IMG/VR virus record: IMGVR_UViG_3300028888_000093
Location: 27,345-91,344 of that record
Origin: a virus
Lineage: Duplodnaviria > Caudoviricetes
Strand: one strand, 5' to 3'
Length of the DNA stretch: 64,000 nt
Shown here piece after piece: positions 1-10,900 of this stretch (its first letter is position 1; every line of letters starts with the position of its first letter). The notes beneath the pieces were generated by a model. That model was not told the origin of the DNA, searched no databases, and worked only from the letters and a program-made list of their open reading frames with translations. Made by a program: the position numbers and the translations under genes.

Positions 1-1281
1 TTATGGGAGAGATTCCCGAATCCAATACCTTTTGACAGGAAAATAGCATACAATTTCCCAGAAAATTGCCACGTTTCAAGTATAGTTAGGGGTGGTTTGG
101 AAGACATTAAGTGGGAAGGAAACGGTTTTACACACACACCAAGCCCGAATAATCTTAGGTGTTGTAATAATGTCGGGTTCACATGTGATAGCAATTCTCC
201 GTTTACGAACATTGATTATCAATTGGCTGAATTCAGACATTACACAACAAAAACAGCAAGAGAGTATTGTAACAAGATGAGAAGGGGTTTCCCAGACCAG
301 AAGTGGGATGGTAGTAGAATACAAAACTTGATTGAAACAAGGTTCTTCAGAACAAATGAAATAACAAAAGAGAAAGTCGATATATTCAAAGAAGAATTAG
401 GAATCGATATGTCATATCTTTTACCTCATGTGTATGAAGGCCCTAAGAATGATGATATTAAAATTTATTCATTATGTTATGCTAAAAAGGATTTCAAATT
501 TTTAGAAGACAGTGTTGTGACACCATTGCAAGTTGGCGCGGCAAACGGAACTGAAGTGTGTTCCTTGAAAGACAATGTTGGAGACAATATTTCAGACAAG
601 AACTACCTTTATATTGAAAACACTGGTACGTATTGGATTTGGAAGAATGTACATGATTGCAAATACAAGGGACAGATGCAATACAGAAGGCCTTTAAGCG
701 GTGTTACTGAGGACATGGACTTTGACAAGGTTTTCGAGGATTATGATGTTATAACTTGTGAGCCATTTTATCATCCAGACCATAAGACGCCGACGGAAAC
801 AGAAAAAATGGTGATACCAGCCGACACGGTTGAACAAGGGTATGCTTTTTCAAATTGTATTGACGACCTTTTGATTTGCGAGATGGCAGTAAAGATGCTT
901 TATCCAGAATATTCGGAGGATTGGGACAAATACATAAAGAATGGGTCGAATCTGTATTATTCAAACGGTTTCATAATGAAGACTGAAGATTATGACAGAT
1001 ATTGCGATTTTCTATTCAAATGCCTTGACATGTATCTGCAATTCTCAAAGATACATGACAAACAGTCGCTTGAAGAACATGTGAGATACAATCTTGAGGT
1101 TGGAAAATATCCGAGATACCAGAATCCAAAACAAATACCGCAGGAGGCTGTAAAGTGGCAGATGTCGATTCTTGGCTTCCTGAGCGAGAGGCTTTGGACG
1201 TTGTGGTTGCAGCACAATTTCAATCAGGACAGGATTTACAAAACCCCATACATTAAAATGGAGGAGAATATGTATACATAG
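1..1281 (+). CDS. Glycosyltransferase-associated fusion protein (GT92/GT2-like C-terminal part + DUF4422-like domain), 5'-truncated by the window edge
   Basis: Frame is open from base 1. The HYTTKTAREY..K..RGFPD motif resembles GT92-like C-termini; 'PLQVG..DNVGDNISDKN..IENTGTYWIWKN' and 'GFLSERL' are DUF4422-type motifs. Confidence 0.7.
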   Translation, partial: LWERFPNPIPFDRKIAYNFPENCHVSSIVRGGLEDIKWEGNGFTHTPSPNNLRCCNNVGFTCDSNSPFTNIDYQLAEFRHYTTKTAREYCNKMRRGFPDQKWDGSRIQNLIETRFFRTNEITKEKVDIFKEELGIDMSYLLPHVYEGPKNDDIKIYSLCYAKKDFKFLEDSVVTPLQVGAANGTEVCSLKDNVGDNISDKNYLYIENTGTYWIWKNVHDCKYKGQMQYRRPLSGVTEDMDFDKVFEDYDVITCEPFYHPDHKTPTETEKMVIPADTVEQGYAFSNCIDDLLICEMAVKMLYPEYSEDWDKYIKNGSNLYYSNGFIMKTEDYDRYCDFLFKCLDMYLQFSKIHDKQSLEEHVRYNLEVGKYPRYQNPKQIPQEAVKWQMSILGFLSERLWTLWLQHNFNQDRIYKTPYIKMEENMYT

Positions 1282-1324
1282 TTTGTTTTGGCTGTGTCAA
1301 GGTAGTACTTTTCATATTGTTTTT

Positions 1325-1358
1325 GGCAACACGCATGGTTGTGTGCTGCCATTTTTTT
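1325..1358 (+). terminator. Probable rho-independent terminator
   Basis: ggcaacacgc...gtgtgctgcc imperfect stem followed by a T7 run after the 1281 stop. Confidence 0.55.
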
Positions 1359-1366
1359 CAAGAAAA

Positions 1367-1375
1367 ACTATTTAT
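1367..1375 (+). promoter_or_regulatory. Putative phage late promoter motif ACTATTTAT
   Basis: Same 9-mer recurs on the sense strand upstream of many structural/late genes. Confidence 0.6.
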
Positions 1376-1401
1376 TATAATACAAAATAATTTTCAATAC
1401 A

Positions 1402-2115
1402 ATGAAGGATATTGCATTTGCATACCAGGAGGAAATACGATATTATAATGACAAACAGAGATTACATTCAAATGTGTTGAATATATTGGATTATATAGGT
1501 AAAGCTGGTTATGATAATTATGATGAGTATTATACTGATTTACAAGAATATCTTTTGAAGACACAAGATTATGAAATAGTTGAGGAACCAGAAATTAATG
1601 CAAACATACCAGTTCCTTACATAACAAACAACAGACCAGCGTTTTTGTATACTATCAATTGTGGCACAAATTATGCTTTTATACCTAACAGTATAAATGA
1701 TTACAGTTTAATTGAAGAATATGGGTATACACCTGTAAAACTCGGATATGATGGTTCAAATGGGCCGATATTGTCTTCTGATGGTGATTTAAGGGTATAT
1801 CTGGTTTATCCTGTAAGTATAGATTTGTCTTATGGGTATTTTTCTGAAAAAATGGTTTGTTTTTTGTCTAAATATTTTACCAACATAAACTTGGATAATA
1901 ATGATATAATGTTGGACGGTAAAAAAATAATAGGTGGTGCATCTACGGTTATGAACAATATGAGGGTTGTTGTATTTCAGATTAACTTCATCGACAAGCA
2001 AAGTGACATACAATCAATATGTGGGATAACGAATAAGATTCCTGGGTATATCGACAAAACGATACTTAGTGCTGTGGAATTTAAAAACGAATTTCTGACA
2101 TGGCTAAGAATTTAA
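1402..2115 (+). CDS. Lipoate/biotin-protein ligase (BPL/LplA/LipB fold)-like protein
   Basis: NNDIMLDGKKIIG matches the ND(I/L)xxxGKKxxG motif; 237 aa. Confidence 0.55.
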   Translation: MKDIAFAYQEEIRYYNDKQRLHSNVLNILDYIGKAGYDNYDEYYTDLQEYLLKTQDYEIVEEPEINANIPVPYITNNRPAFLYTINCGTNYAFIPNSINDYSLIEEYGYTPVKLGYDGSNGPILSSDGDLRVYLVYPVSIDLSYGYFSEKMVCFLSKYFTNINLDNNDIMLDGKKIIGGASTVMNNMRVVVFQINFIDKQSDIQSICGITNKIPGYIDKTILSAVEFKNEFLTWLRI

Positions 2116-4055
2116 TTATATATCCATTTTCGGATAATACAGTACAACACACAAAATCATCAACAGGCTCTACTGGCTATGCTCTGGTTAATGAAAAAAC
2201 AAACAGCACAAATGGTTATTTGGAACATGTGTTTTCAACTGGGGCCACAACCTATGTTTCAAGTTTTAATAATCTTGACCATGCTTCTGATGTCACCGTT
2301 GGAAAAATAAGAATTAATTCCATATCATCTGTTAATTTATATTTGGCTTTAACAAAGGGTAGCAATGCAACATTAAACGGTGTAAATATATTCGGAAAAG
2401 TAACAATCAACGGAAACACATATACTAGCAGTAGCTATAACCCAACAGGCAATGTTAGTACATCCCTTCAAACGCTGGCAATATCAAATGCCAATATAAA
2501 TCAAATATATTCATCAGTATCAGCCGCATCAATAGGATTGTCAATATCAACAACTGGTAGATACACAACAGACAGTGACAAAAACAACGACTCGTATCTA
2601 AGAATCTACAATGCTAATGTGACAATATCATATGATGATGTTTTCACTTGTGCTGTAAACGTGATATCTGGACATGGAATATCACAGGCAACTTGTTCTG
2701 ATAGTGATGTTATTGACGGTGGTTTGTGTACATTTAATGCATCAGTACAGGATAAATATGAATTTTATGGATGGTATGACAATGCAGACTTTGAGGGGAA
2801 TCCACTTTCAATATCTCCGTCTTTTACGACAGTGATAAGGGAGGATACAACGTTATATCCAATGGCTGTCAAAGAGGATTTTGTTCCACCAGATGAGGAC
2901 CCACAAAAGGTTTACTACCCATTAACAATATCGTCAATTAACGCAATAACAAATCCGACGAAGGGTACAACAAAGGTTGAAAGTGGTACAAGCAAAACGA
3001 TAACAATAACCCCGTCCTATCCCTTGTTGACTTTGGCTTTGGATAATGGTGTGGATATCACATCACAACTTGTTCTTTGTGGTGATACTATAAATGTGCC
3101 AACAGTTGCCATGGCGCCAAACGCAAACTATGGATTTACATTAAACGACAACACAAAATATTACACCTCCACAAACCAAGGGCAAAACAACAGTGCATCG
3201 GTATGCAGAGTTACATTTAATTTGCCTGTTGATTGTCTTGTGACATTTCAATACATAAATTACTCCGAAACCACGTACGATTATGGAATTTTCGGAAAAG
3301 TTGATGTTGCGTTAACAACAACAAACACTTCAGACAGTAATGCATATAAAATATTGTCACAAAGTTCAGACAATACACCAGATGCCAAAACATTAACATA
3401 TGAAATAGATAGTGGAACTCATTTCATTGATGTCAAATACAGGAAAAATGATGTGATAAATAGCAACAATGATAATTTGCAATTCAAAATATTAAGTATT
3501 GAGCCGATTGAAGCCGAGTCATACTATGTCTATGAATTATCAAACATAAACCAAGAACACTCTCTCACATTTGTTTTTGGAAATGTTGAGTATTATTTTA
3601 TCACATCACAGACAGACAGTAACGCTGGACTTTATCCTAACGGGCAAACAGTTGTGCTTCCAGGAGATGACTATAGGCTGACAATCATTCCAGAAAACAA
3701 TCGGGAAACAATAATGTTAAAGGACAACGACTATGATGTGTCGTCACAATTGGAACGTGTCGAAATCGAAACAGAAAAGGACGGGCAGACAATAACGGTG
3801 CTAAACTATGTCTATAGGCTTAATAACGTATCACAGGGACATGTGTTGACTGTTGAAACGACAAAACCAAACCTCGGATTTTCAATTAAAATAAACGGAA
3901 CCTACATGTCTGGAAATTTCTTTGTGAAGGCAAACGGGGCGTGGGTGCAAATACAGGCTGTAGATATATACGCACACAATGGCGTCAAATGGTTGGAAAG
4001 TCTGAACGATGTCATCAAAACCAACAACATATTGTTCGGAGGTAATATAGGATAG
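2100..4055 (+). CDS. Beta-rich virion/adhesin-like protein with an InlB-B/Listeria-Bacteroides-type repeat
   Basis: 651 aa, S/T/N-rich; 'YEFYGWY' repeat motif; internally repeated 'LxDNxxDxTSQL...YxYxLxNxxQxHxL' Ig-like modules. Confidence 0.55.
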   Translation: MAKNLIIYPFSDNTVQHTKSSTGSTGYALVNEKTNSTNGYLEHVFSTGATTYVSSFNNLDHASDVTVGKIRINSISSVNLYLALTKGSNATLNGVNIFGKVTINGNTYTSSSYNPTGNVSTSLQTLAISNANINQIYSSVSAASIGLSISTTGRYTTDSDKNNDSYLRIYNANVTISYDDVFTCAVNVISGHGISQATCSDSDVIDGGLCTFNASVQDKYEFYGWYDNADFEGNPLSISPSFTTVIREDTTLYPMAVKEDFVPPDEDPQKVYYPLTISSINAITNPTKGTTKVESGTSKTITITPSYPLLTLALDNGVDITSQLVLCGDTINVPTVAMAPNANYGFTLNDNTKYYTSTNQGQNNSASVCRVTFNLPVDCLVTFQYINYSETTYDYGIFGKVDVALTTTNTSDSNAYKILSQSSDNTPDAKTLTYEIDSGTHFIDVKYRKNDVINSNNDNLQFKILSIEPIEAESYYVYELSNINQEHSLTFVFGNVEYYFITSQTDSNAGLYPNGQTVVLPGDDYRLTIIPENNRETIMLKDNDYDVSSQLERVEIETEKDGQTITVLNYVYRLNNVSQGHVLTVETTKPNLGFSIKINGTYMSGNFFVKANGAWVQIQAVDIYAHNGVKWLESLNDVIKTNNILFGGNIG

Positions 4056-4094
4056 AAAATGTACCAAACAATTGATGCGTTTTTTTGTTTTTTA

Positions 4095-4997
4095 TCACTT
4101 CCCGTATATGATTACAATTCCTTGGTAGCCATTTCCACCTTGTGAATAGGTATGCTTACTGGAAAACGCACCGCCACCACCTCCAGCACCAGGACTGGTA
4201 CCGTTGAAACCAGTATTTAAAATATTATCATTTGGTCCATACCCACCGTTACCTCCACCAGTTTGACCACCAGCAAATCCAGTTGGATATGTGCCGCCAT
4301 ATGTAGTCCAGTTGTCATATGAATCAAAGCCAGCGCTACCGCCAGCCCCATATAAGGTTTCATCATTTTGGTCAAATGGGTTTGGCAAACCATCTTCACC
4401 CATAACACCATATGTGTCATTTTCGCTTGCTTTGTAATATCTTGTTTGTGGATTTCCATGTCCACAAGGTCTTCCACCGATACCACTATATTCAACTTTT
4501 GTGTTAACCCCGCCGTTTGAACCACTATATCGAATACCGCCGTAGGATGTGTAAGTGTTTCCATTATACATAACATAACTATCACCGCCAGAATTACCAG
4601 CACCATTGGCTGAGCCACCAGCCCCACCATCACCGACATAGACGGTTATTGATTTTGAATTATATATGGTTTCAAAAGCTTTGGCTTGACCACCATTTCC
4701 ACCATTACCACCCCAATGGGCAGTATTAAAATCACCATGTCCACCAGCTCCACCACCTACAATCCAAAAACCAAGTTGTGTGTATTTCTTGTCAATCGTG
4801 TATGTTGTGGTCCCAGTAGTTGTAAATCTGGCTATTTCAACCCATACGTCGCTATATTCCTGGTCCATGTCGTTTGTTGGGTAGAATTTTACAATTCCAT
4901 GTTCGCCAATCATACCGAGACTCGGTTCCACAAATTCCAATGAGTTTCTGTATTGGTTGTATTCTTCTATGTCTGTAAATTGTTTTATGTAGTCCAT
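4095..4997 (-). CDS. Glycine-rich domain protein (tail fibre/adhesin-like)
   Basis: VGGGAGG, GGNGGNGG, GAGGGGGA and C-terminal GGNGYQGIVII motifs typical of phage glycine-rich domains. Confidence 0.7.
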   Translation of the reverse strand: MDYIKQFTDIEEYNQYRNSLEFVEPSLGMIGEHGIVKFYPTNDMDQEYSDVWVEIARFTTTGTTTYTIDKKYTQLGFWIVGGGAGGHGDFNTAHWGGNGGNGGQAKAFETIYNSKSITVYVGDGGAGGSANGAGNSGGDSYVMYNGNTYTSYGGIRYSGSNGGVNTKVEYSGIGGRPCGHGNPQTRYYKASENDTYGVMGEDGLPNPFDQNDETLYGAGGSAGFDSYDNWTTYGGTYPTGFAGGQTGGGNGGYGPNDNILNTGFNGTSPGAGGGGGAFSSKHTYSQGGNGYQGIVIIYGK

Positions 4998-5102
4998 TAA
5001 TCATTAATTCTTTTAATTGTTATTAATCGTTGTCGATTGTGGCACTTATAATATTGTATGATGAATCGAGATACCAGACTTTAGATTCATTTTCAAAAAA
5101 TG

Positions 5103-5276
5103 TTATTTCCCCAAAATAACCAGGTTAGGTCGTATTTCGTTTGGGTTCGGTTTATATTTTGGAATTCCACCACTCAATTCGTCAATTACACTTATGTTTG
5201 GGAGAGTGTATCCAGACGAATTAACATATTCGGTATAAGCTGAAAGGCTTTTAAATCTTTTGAAGTAGTCAATCAT
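5103..5276 (-). CDS. Small protein (57 aa) sharing an N-terminal module with the downstream Gly-rich protein; possibly frameshifted
   Basis: Translated by hand: MIDYFKRFKSLSAYTEYVNSSGYTLPNISVI vs MDYIKQFTDIEEYNQYRNSLEFVEPSLGMI; ACTATTTAT motif upstream at 5299-5307. Confidence 0.55.
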   Translation of the reverse strand: MIDYFKRFKSLSAYTEYVNSSGYTLPNISVIDELSGGIPKYKPNPNEIRPNLVILGK

Positions 5277-5395
5277 AATTCAATCTTTTTATTATTACAT
5301 AAATAGTGTGTTTGTCATTGATTATTTTACAAAAACGAGGTAAATTGATATAGAATAATTTCTTGTAAACTATTTATGTTAAATTGGTTTTAAGT

Positions 5396-5785
5396 ATGGC
5401 ATTAACGCAGAAATACGGAATAAAATACCCATTCACATCAGACAACAACGACAATGTTTTCATGGATGTGAACGGAACTTATGCTGACAGCATAAAATCA
5501 AAGGTCATGCATGTTATTCTGACACAAAAGGGACAGAGGTTAAGGAACCCAGAGTTTGGCACAAGTCTGATAAATTACATATTTGCCGCATCGGACGACA
5601 TAACGTTGTCTGCGGTGAAGCAGGAGGTTGGGTCTCAATTGTCAAAATATGTGCCAAATGTGGCTTTTAATGACCTTGATGTTTATCGTGACGAAAATGA
5701 CGAAAACAATGTGATTGTGTCTGTCACATATTCAGTAACAAATGGAAATAACACCGAAACAACAACTGTTGCGGTGAGATTATAA
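5396..5785 (+). CDS. Baseplate wedge protein, T4 gp25/GPW-like
   Basis: ILTQKGQRLRNPEFGTSL..YIF signature; ATG at 5396 preferred over TTG 5384. Confidence 0.85.
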   Translation: MALTQKYGIKYPFTSDNNDNVFMDVNGTYADSIKSKVMHVILTQKGQRLRNPEFGTSLINYIFAASDDITLSAVKQEVGSQLSKYVPNVAFNDLDVYRDENDENNVIVSVTYSVTNGNNTETTTVAVRL

Positions 5786-5797
5786 TCAAAATTACAG

Positions 5798-7720
5798 ATG
5801 GAAAAAGGGATAACATATTTGAATCGCACATTTTACGACTACAAGGATGCCTTGTTGGAATACTCAAAGAAATATTATCCAGACTTGAACTTGGAATATG
5901 ACGATGCATCTGTCGCTTCGTGGTTGATTGATTTGAACGCCGCCATTGCCGACAATTTGTCATATCACATTGACAGGGTGTATCAGGAGACAAATTTGGA
6001 CAGTGCACAAGAGAGAAAATCTTTGTTGAATATCGCAAGAAACAATGGGGTTAAAATACCAGGACCAAAAGCGGCAATGGCTGAGGTAAGGCTTTGGTGT
6101 GTGCTTGGGGTTGACCAGGTCAGTCATCCAGACTGGTCTTATGCTCCAATAATAAAGAGGGGGACAAAGGTTGGTTCGGCAAACGGACAGGAATTCGAGG
6201 TATTGGAAGATGTTGACTTCGCGCAACAATTCAACCAGGATGGAATAAGTGACAGAACATTCACACCGAATCTGAATGCCAACGGTGTGATAACAGGGTA
6301 TACAGTATCGAAACTTGCGGTTGTTGTTGCTGGTGAGTCATTAATTTACAGGCAGAACATAGCCAAAACAGATATAAGACCTTTTATGGAAGTTGTTCTT
6401 CCGATAGAAAATGTCATGAATATTGAATCAATACTTGTCGTTCCAGGAAACAGCAAGGAAATACCGACATATGGCGCATTTTACAGTGAGGTGGAGGAAT
6501 GCGAGAATGGTGTGAGATTTTTCGAAGTTGACAGTTTGTCGCAAACAGAGAGATGGGCGCCAGAACTTGACGTACACACAAACACAGCAAAAAAATACTA
6601 TTATGGCTATGATTATTCTGGCGGCACGGTTGCGTCTTATTGCATCACAAAAGGTGAGTGGAAACCAGTGAAACACAAATTCATAACCGAATACATGGAT
6701 AACGGGTACATGAAAATAATATTCGGTGCTGGAAACAATTACGAGTACCCAGAATTGGGTGATTCAATGTCTGATTTTGCCAAGTGGCAGATATCAAGAA
6801 TGATAAGCAATGATTCTTTGGGATTATTACCAAATCATGACAGTACAATGTTTATATTATACAGACTTGGTGGTGGTAGAGCAAGCAATTTGGCAAGGGG
6901 AGCAATAAACAGGATTTCATATTTGAACGCCGAATTCAGGGGAAGCGACCAATCTGTAATTTCAGAAGTAAACAGGAGTCTTGGCGTTATAAGCACAACA
7001 CCATCAGTATCTGGAAAGGACTTTCCGTCAAATACCGAGTTGAAGTATATTGTAAAATACAACAAGGGGGCACAGGAGAGATGTGTTTGTGTCAAGGATT
7101 ATATAGACAGGTTGTTGCAGCTTCCGCCGAAATACGGAACGCCGTTCAGACTTGGTGTGGTTGAACAGAACAACAAGATTGTTGTTTATGTTCTAGGTTT
7201 GAACTATCTTGGCCAACTTGACACACTTTTACCGATAACATTGATAAAGAACATAGAACGTTATTTGTCTAAGTATAAAATGTTAAACGATTATGTTGAG
7301 ATAAAGAGCGGAAGAATCATAAATCTGGAATTCCAGGTTGATGTAATTGTTGATAAAAATTACAACAAATCAGATGTTGTTTCGTCTATCATCAACACAA
7401 TCAAGGATTACATGGATATCAACAAACACCTTATGGGTGAGGAAATTTACGTTGGAGATATTGAGAAAGAGGTGTCGAAGATAGATGGTGTGTTAAACCT
7501 TATTGATTTGGCTGTTTACAATAAGATGGATATGGGTTATTCAAATGTTCAGGTATCTCAACCAATCATGCTGGATGACAGTAGGGTACAGCCTTATGCG
7601 TCTAATAAAGTCAGGATTGACCTTGAGGAAAGTGATTGGATACTATATAATGAGGGTGACACCATGATGGAAATTAAAAATCCAAGCGAAGATATTTTGG
7701 TAAGGGTAAAGGAAAGATAA
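5798..7720 (+). CDS. Baseplate wedge subunit (T4 gp6/baseplate J-like)
   Basis: YLNRTF..KYYPD, DNLSYHID..QET.LDSAQER.SLLNIAR, AQERCVCVKDY motifs; follows gp25. Confidence 0.8.
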   Translation: MEKGITYLNRTFYDYKDALLEYSKKYYPDLNLEYDDASVASWLIDLNAAIADNLSYHIDRVYQETNLDSAQERKSLLNIARNNGVKIPGPKAAMAEVRLWCVLGVDQVSHPDWSYAPIIKRGTKVGSANGQEFEVLEDVDFAQQFNQDGISDRTFTPNLNANGVITGYTVSKLAVVVAGESLIYRQNIAKTDIRPFMEVVLPIENVMNIESILVVPGNSKEIPTYGAFYSEVEECENGVRFFEVDSLSQTERWAPELDVHTNTAKKYYYGYDYSGGTVASYCITKGEWKPVKHKFITEYMDNGYMKIIFGAGNNYEYPELGDSMSDFAKWQISRMISNDSLGLLPNHDSTMFILYRLGGGRASNLARGAINRISYLNAEFRGSDQSVISEVNRSLGVISTTPSVSGKDFPSNTELKYIVKYNKGAQERCVCVKDYIDRLLQLPPKYGTPFRLGVVEQNNKIVVYVLGLNYLGQLDTLLPITLIKNIERYLSKYKMLNDYVEIKSGRIINLEFQVDVIVDKNYNKSDVVSSIINTIKDYMDINKHLMGEEIYVGDIEKEVSKIDGVLNLIDLAVYNKMDMGYSNVQVSQPIMLDDSRVQPYASNKVRIDLEESDWILYNEGDTMMEIKNPSEDILVRVKER

Positions 7721-7983
7721 TGGCTTGTGCATGTAAAGTTACGAGACAGTTGGATTTCCTGCACAAGAAATACGGTGACAACCAACCGAAAAGCAAGAAA
7801 ACCAACATAATAGGAAGTATAAAGGGCAAAATCATGGCTGTGTGTACTTCTGTTTTGATAGTGCCTTTTTTCCCCTTTTATATTGTCAGGGCAATGATAA
7901 CAAACAGACACGGAATATTCAACATAGATAAAATTTTCAATTTAACAAAAAGCAAGAATGTTAGAAAACAACAAATCATATAG
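7720..7983 (+). CDS. Small membrane protein with N-terminal MACACK motif
   Basis: 87 aa, one hydrophobic segment, overlaps neighbours (TAATG coupling). Confidence 0.6.
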   Translation: MACACKVTRQLDFLHKKYGDNQPKSKKTNIIGSIKGKIMAVCTSVLIVPFFPFYIVRAMITNRHGIFNIDKIFNLTKSKNVRKQQII

Positions 7984-10900
7984 AATCAGAACGGATATAA
8001 ACAACGACAATTATGTTACGGTCAACCTGTCACAGGATTATGATTCTTTTGACATACTGTCATTGAAGATAAACAGCCTTGATGCATACAAACACCACAA
8101 TTCAAAGTATGGTGTTGTTGTCGGAAGGGTTTTGGCTAACGGTGGTTTTGGTGTTCCAAACGCCAAGATAAGTGTTTTTGTTGAATCAGAAAATCCGAAC
8201 ATGAACGAACTTGACGAGATATACCCGTTTACGTCGACAGTTTCAAGAGATAATGACAACATAAGATACAATTTGCTTCCTGACAATAAGGTTTCTGATT
8301 GCCATCAGGTTGTAGGTACGTTTCCAAACAAAAGATTCATGTTGGACAACAACATATTGGTTGAAATGTATGACAAATATTACAAGTATACAACAAGGAC
8401 AAATGAGGCTGGAGACTATATGCTCGCGTGTATACCAGTCGGGCAGCAGGTATTGCATATGGATTTGGACCTTTCCGATTGTGGTATATTGTCTCAGAGG
8501 CCGAGGGATTTCATATACAAAGGATATAATGTTGAGCAGTTTGAGAATCCTAATCAATTCAGAAGCGGAACTGAGTTTGAAACATTAAGTCAGATTTTTT
8601 CACAGGACCAAGTTGTTTATGTGCAACCATTTTGGGGAAATGAATCCGAGGGTGACACAATAGGTATTACAAGGGCTGACATAAACATCAGTTATAAGTT
8701 CGAGCCGACATGCGTTTTCATCGGATGTGTTGTAAGCGACAACTCATCACAGGGAATATCAAAAAACTGTGTCCCGACAGAACACATGGGAGATATGGAT
8801 GAGCTTGTTGCTGGAAAGGGACGGATTGAGATGATTCGGAAGACTTATGGGGGTTCTGTTGAAGAATTCCAAATAAACGGTACGGAGTTGATAAACGGTG
8901 AGGGAATATGGTGCTATCAGATACCGATGAATCTTGATTATATGGTTACGGATGAATACGGCAGAATGGTTCCGACAGACAACCCAAGCAAAGGAATACC
9001 GACCAGGACCAGAGTGCGCTTCAGAATGTCAATGGAAGATATGGAGGAAAACGTTGACAACTTCTTCAGAGCAAAGGTTTTGGTCCCGCACAACCCGCAA
9101 AACTTAGGCGGAACAAAACATGAAGATTATGATTATGAATTCGGTACACACACAAAGGATGAATCATTCAGGGATTTGTTCTGGAATAATGTATATACGG
9201 TTAAATCATATATCCCAAGATTTCAAAAGAGAAAAGTGACTGGTTGGAAGGCTCCTAAATTCACAGGAATAAAACATTGTCAGAATTACGGTTCAAACAA
9301 TCCGATACCATATAACAATATAAGGATTAAACTTCCGTTCATGTTCAGGATAATGTGTATCTTGATTAAGGTGTTTATCAAACTTGTGGCCATTTACAAC
9401 AGGGTTGTTGCTTTGATTGGCAATGTGCTTGTTGGGTTGGCGGAAGCTTTTTCCAAACTTGCTTTATATAAACCAGCTGGAAAAGTCATGGAGGTTGCAC
9501 AAAAACTCCATTTGAACATCATCGAGGATGGTTTGTGTCCAGACCTTGAAAATTGGTATTTCGCGCCATTGGTCACGAAAAACGGAATCAAATACAAGGG
9601 TTTCGCTAGGGTTAAAACAGAAGAAAACAGCACTCCGCACAAAGAGTATTATGACCTTGTGAGCCAAACGATGGATGTAATAGAAAATGCTGGTGATTAT
9701 GATGATGAGACATCAATCGACACACAAAATACAGACCCAGATGACAATGATGACGCTATATGTATAACATTCAAAACAGATTATTTGATTTCATGTGTTG
9801 AAATGAATCTTGCTCAAGAGTATAAAGTGATTAATTTTGACTTCTATAATGATTGGGTTAACGGGATGATTTATTTTCCTAGATGGATGCGATATATAAG
9901 GCTTAAGAGACGTTTTCGTGGGAATACAATCATAAAAAGCAAGACAAAGGCTTGCATGGACAATACAAAAATCTTTTCAAAAGCAAGAAGATACACACAA
10001 TTATGTTCTTTGGCCTATGAAAAGGACACATCAAGCAATAAAGTGACATATTCGAAGGTAACAACCAAACTCAACAATAAAACCGACATAAGAAAATCAA
10101 ACAACTATCACAAAAAACGCGGATTTTCCCAAGTGAAGATTTTTGGTAAAAATGGAGGAATATGTCATGAAAAGGAAACAATGGCTGGACAGCATGTGTA
10201 TTATTTGAAGCCGTGTGAATGGCTCAGAAACACAACACCAGCGAACAAAAAGGTGAATCTGTTCGCCACGGACCTTGTTTTATTAGGCTCACTTAACGAA
10301 TGTGATATGTACGGCGTCCCTCAAGCATTCAGATATTTGTCAAGCACCTCATATATAATGCCGACAAACCTTGCATTGACCAATATGGAAACTGATGGTG
10401 TTTTGTATTCATATGGAGACAACAAGACAATATGTTCAAAAACAAACCAGTCAAGCCTCAATGGGGATGACCCGAATCTGGACAAACCAGTCGGTCTTGC
10501 AGATAACACACTTGTTGGCGAATTGAATTATTTCAGTGGTGCTGGTGAAAATTATGACACACAATATGAGGATGATGAATCAGACACAATACCGATGACA
10601 GAAGCGGCTGGCATTTCATGGAATTACACTGGACCAGGCCAGAACGAGATAAACGAATATCAAATGTATTATCCAGGAGGTCATTTTTTAGGTCTTTCAT
10701 GTTCTAATTCCCAAACAAACATAAAATCATGCATAAACCTTGAACGTATATGTGAGCAAGGTGTTGTTATGTCACAGAGGAAGGTTGATGTTCGCGCCGT
10801 ATCTACAGGTGGAACAAGTGAGCTAAAATACGTTTACACGGCTCCGTCTGGATTTATAGCCAAAGATGAGATTGTTGACGATTACTTCCGTTCAATGTTT

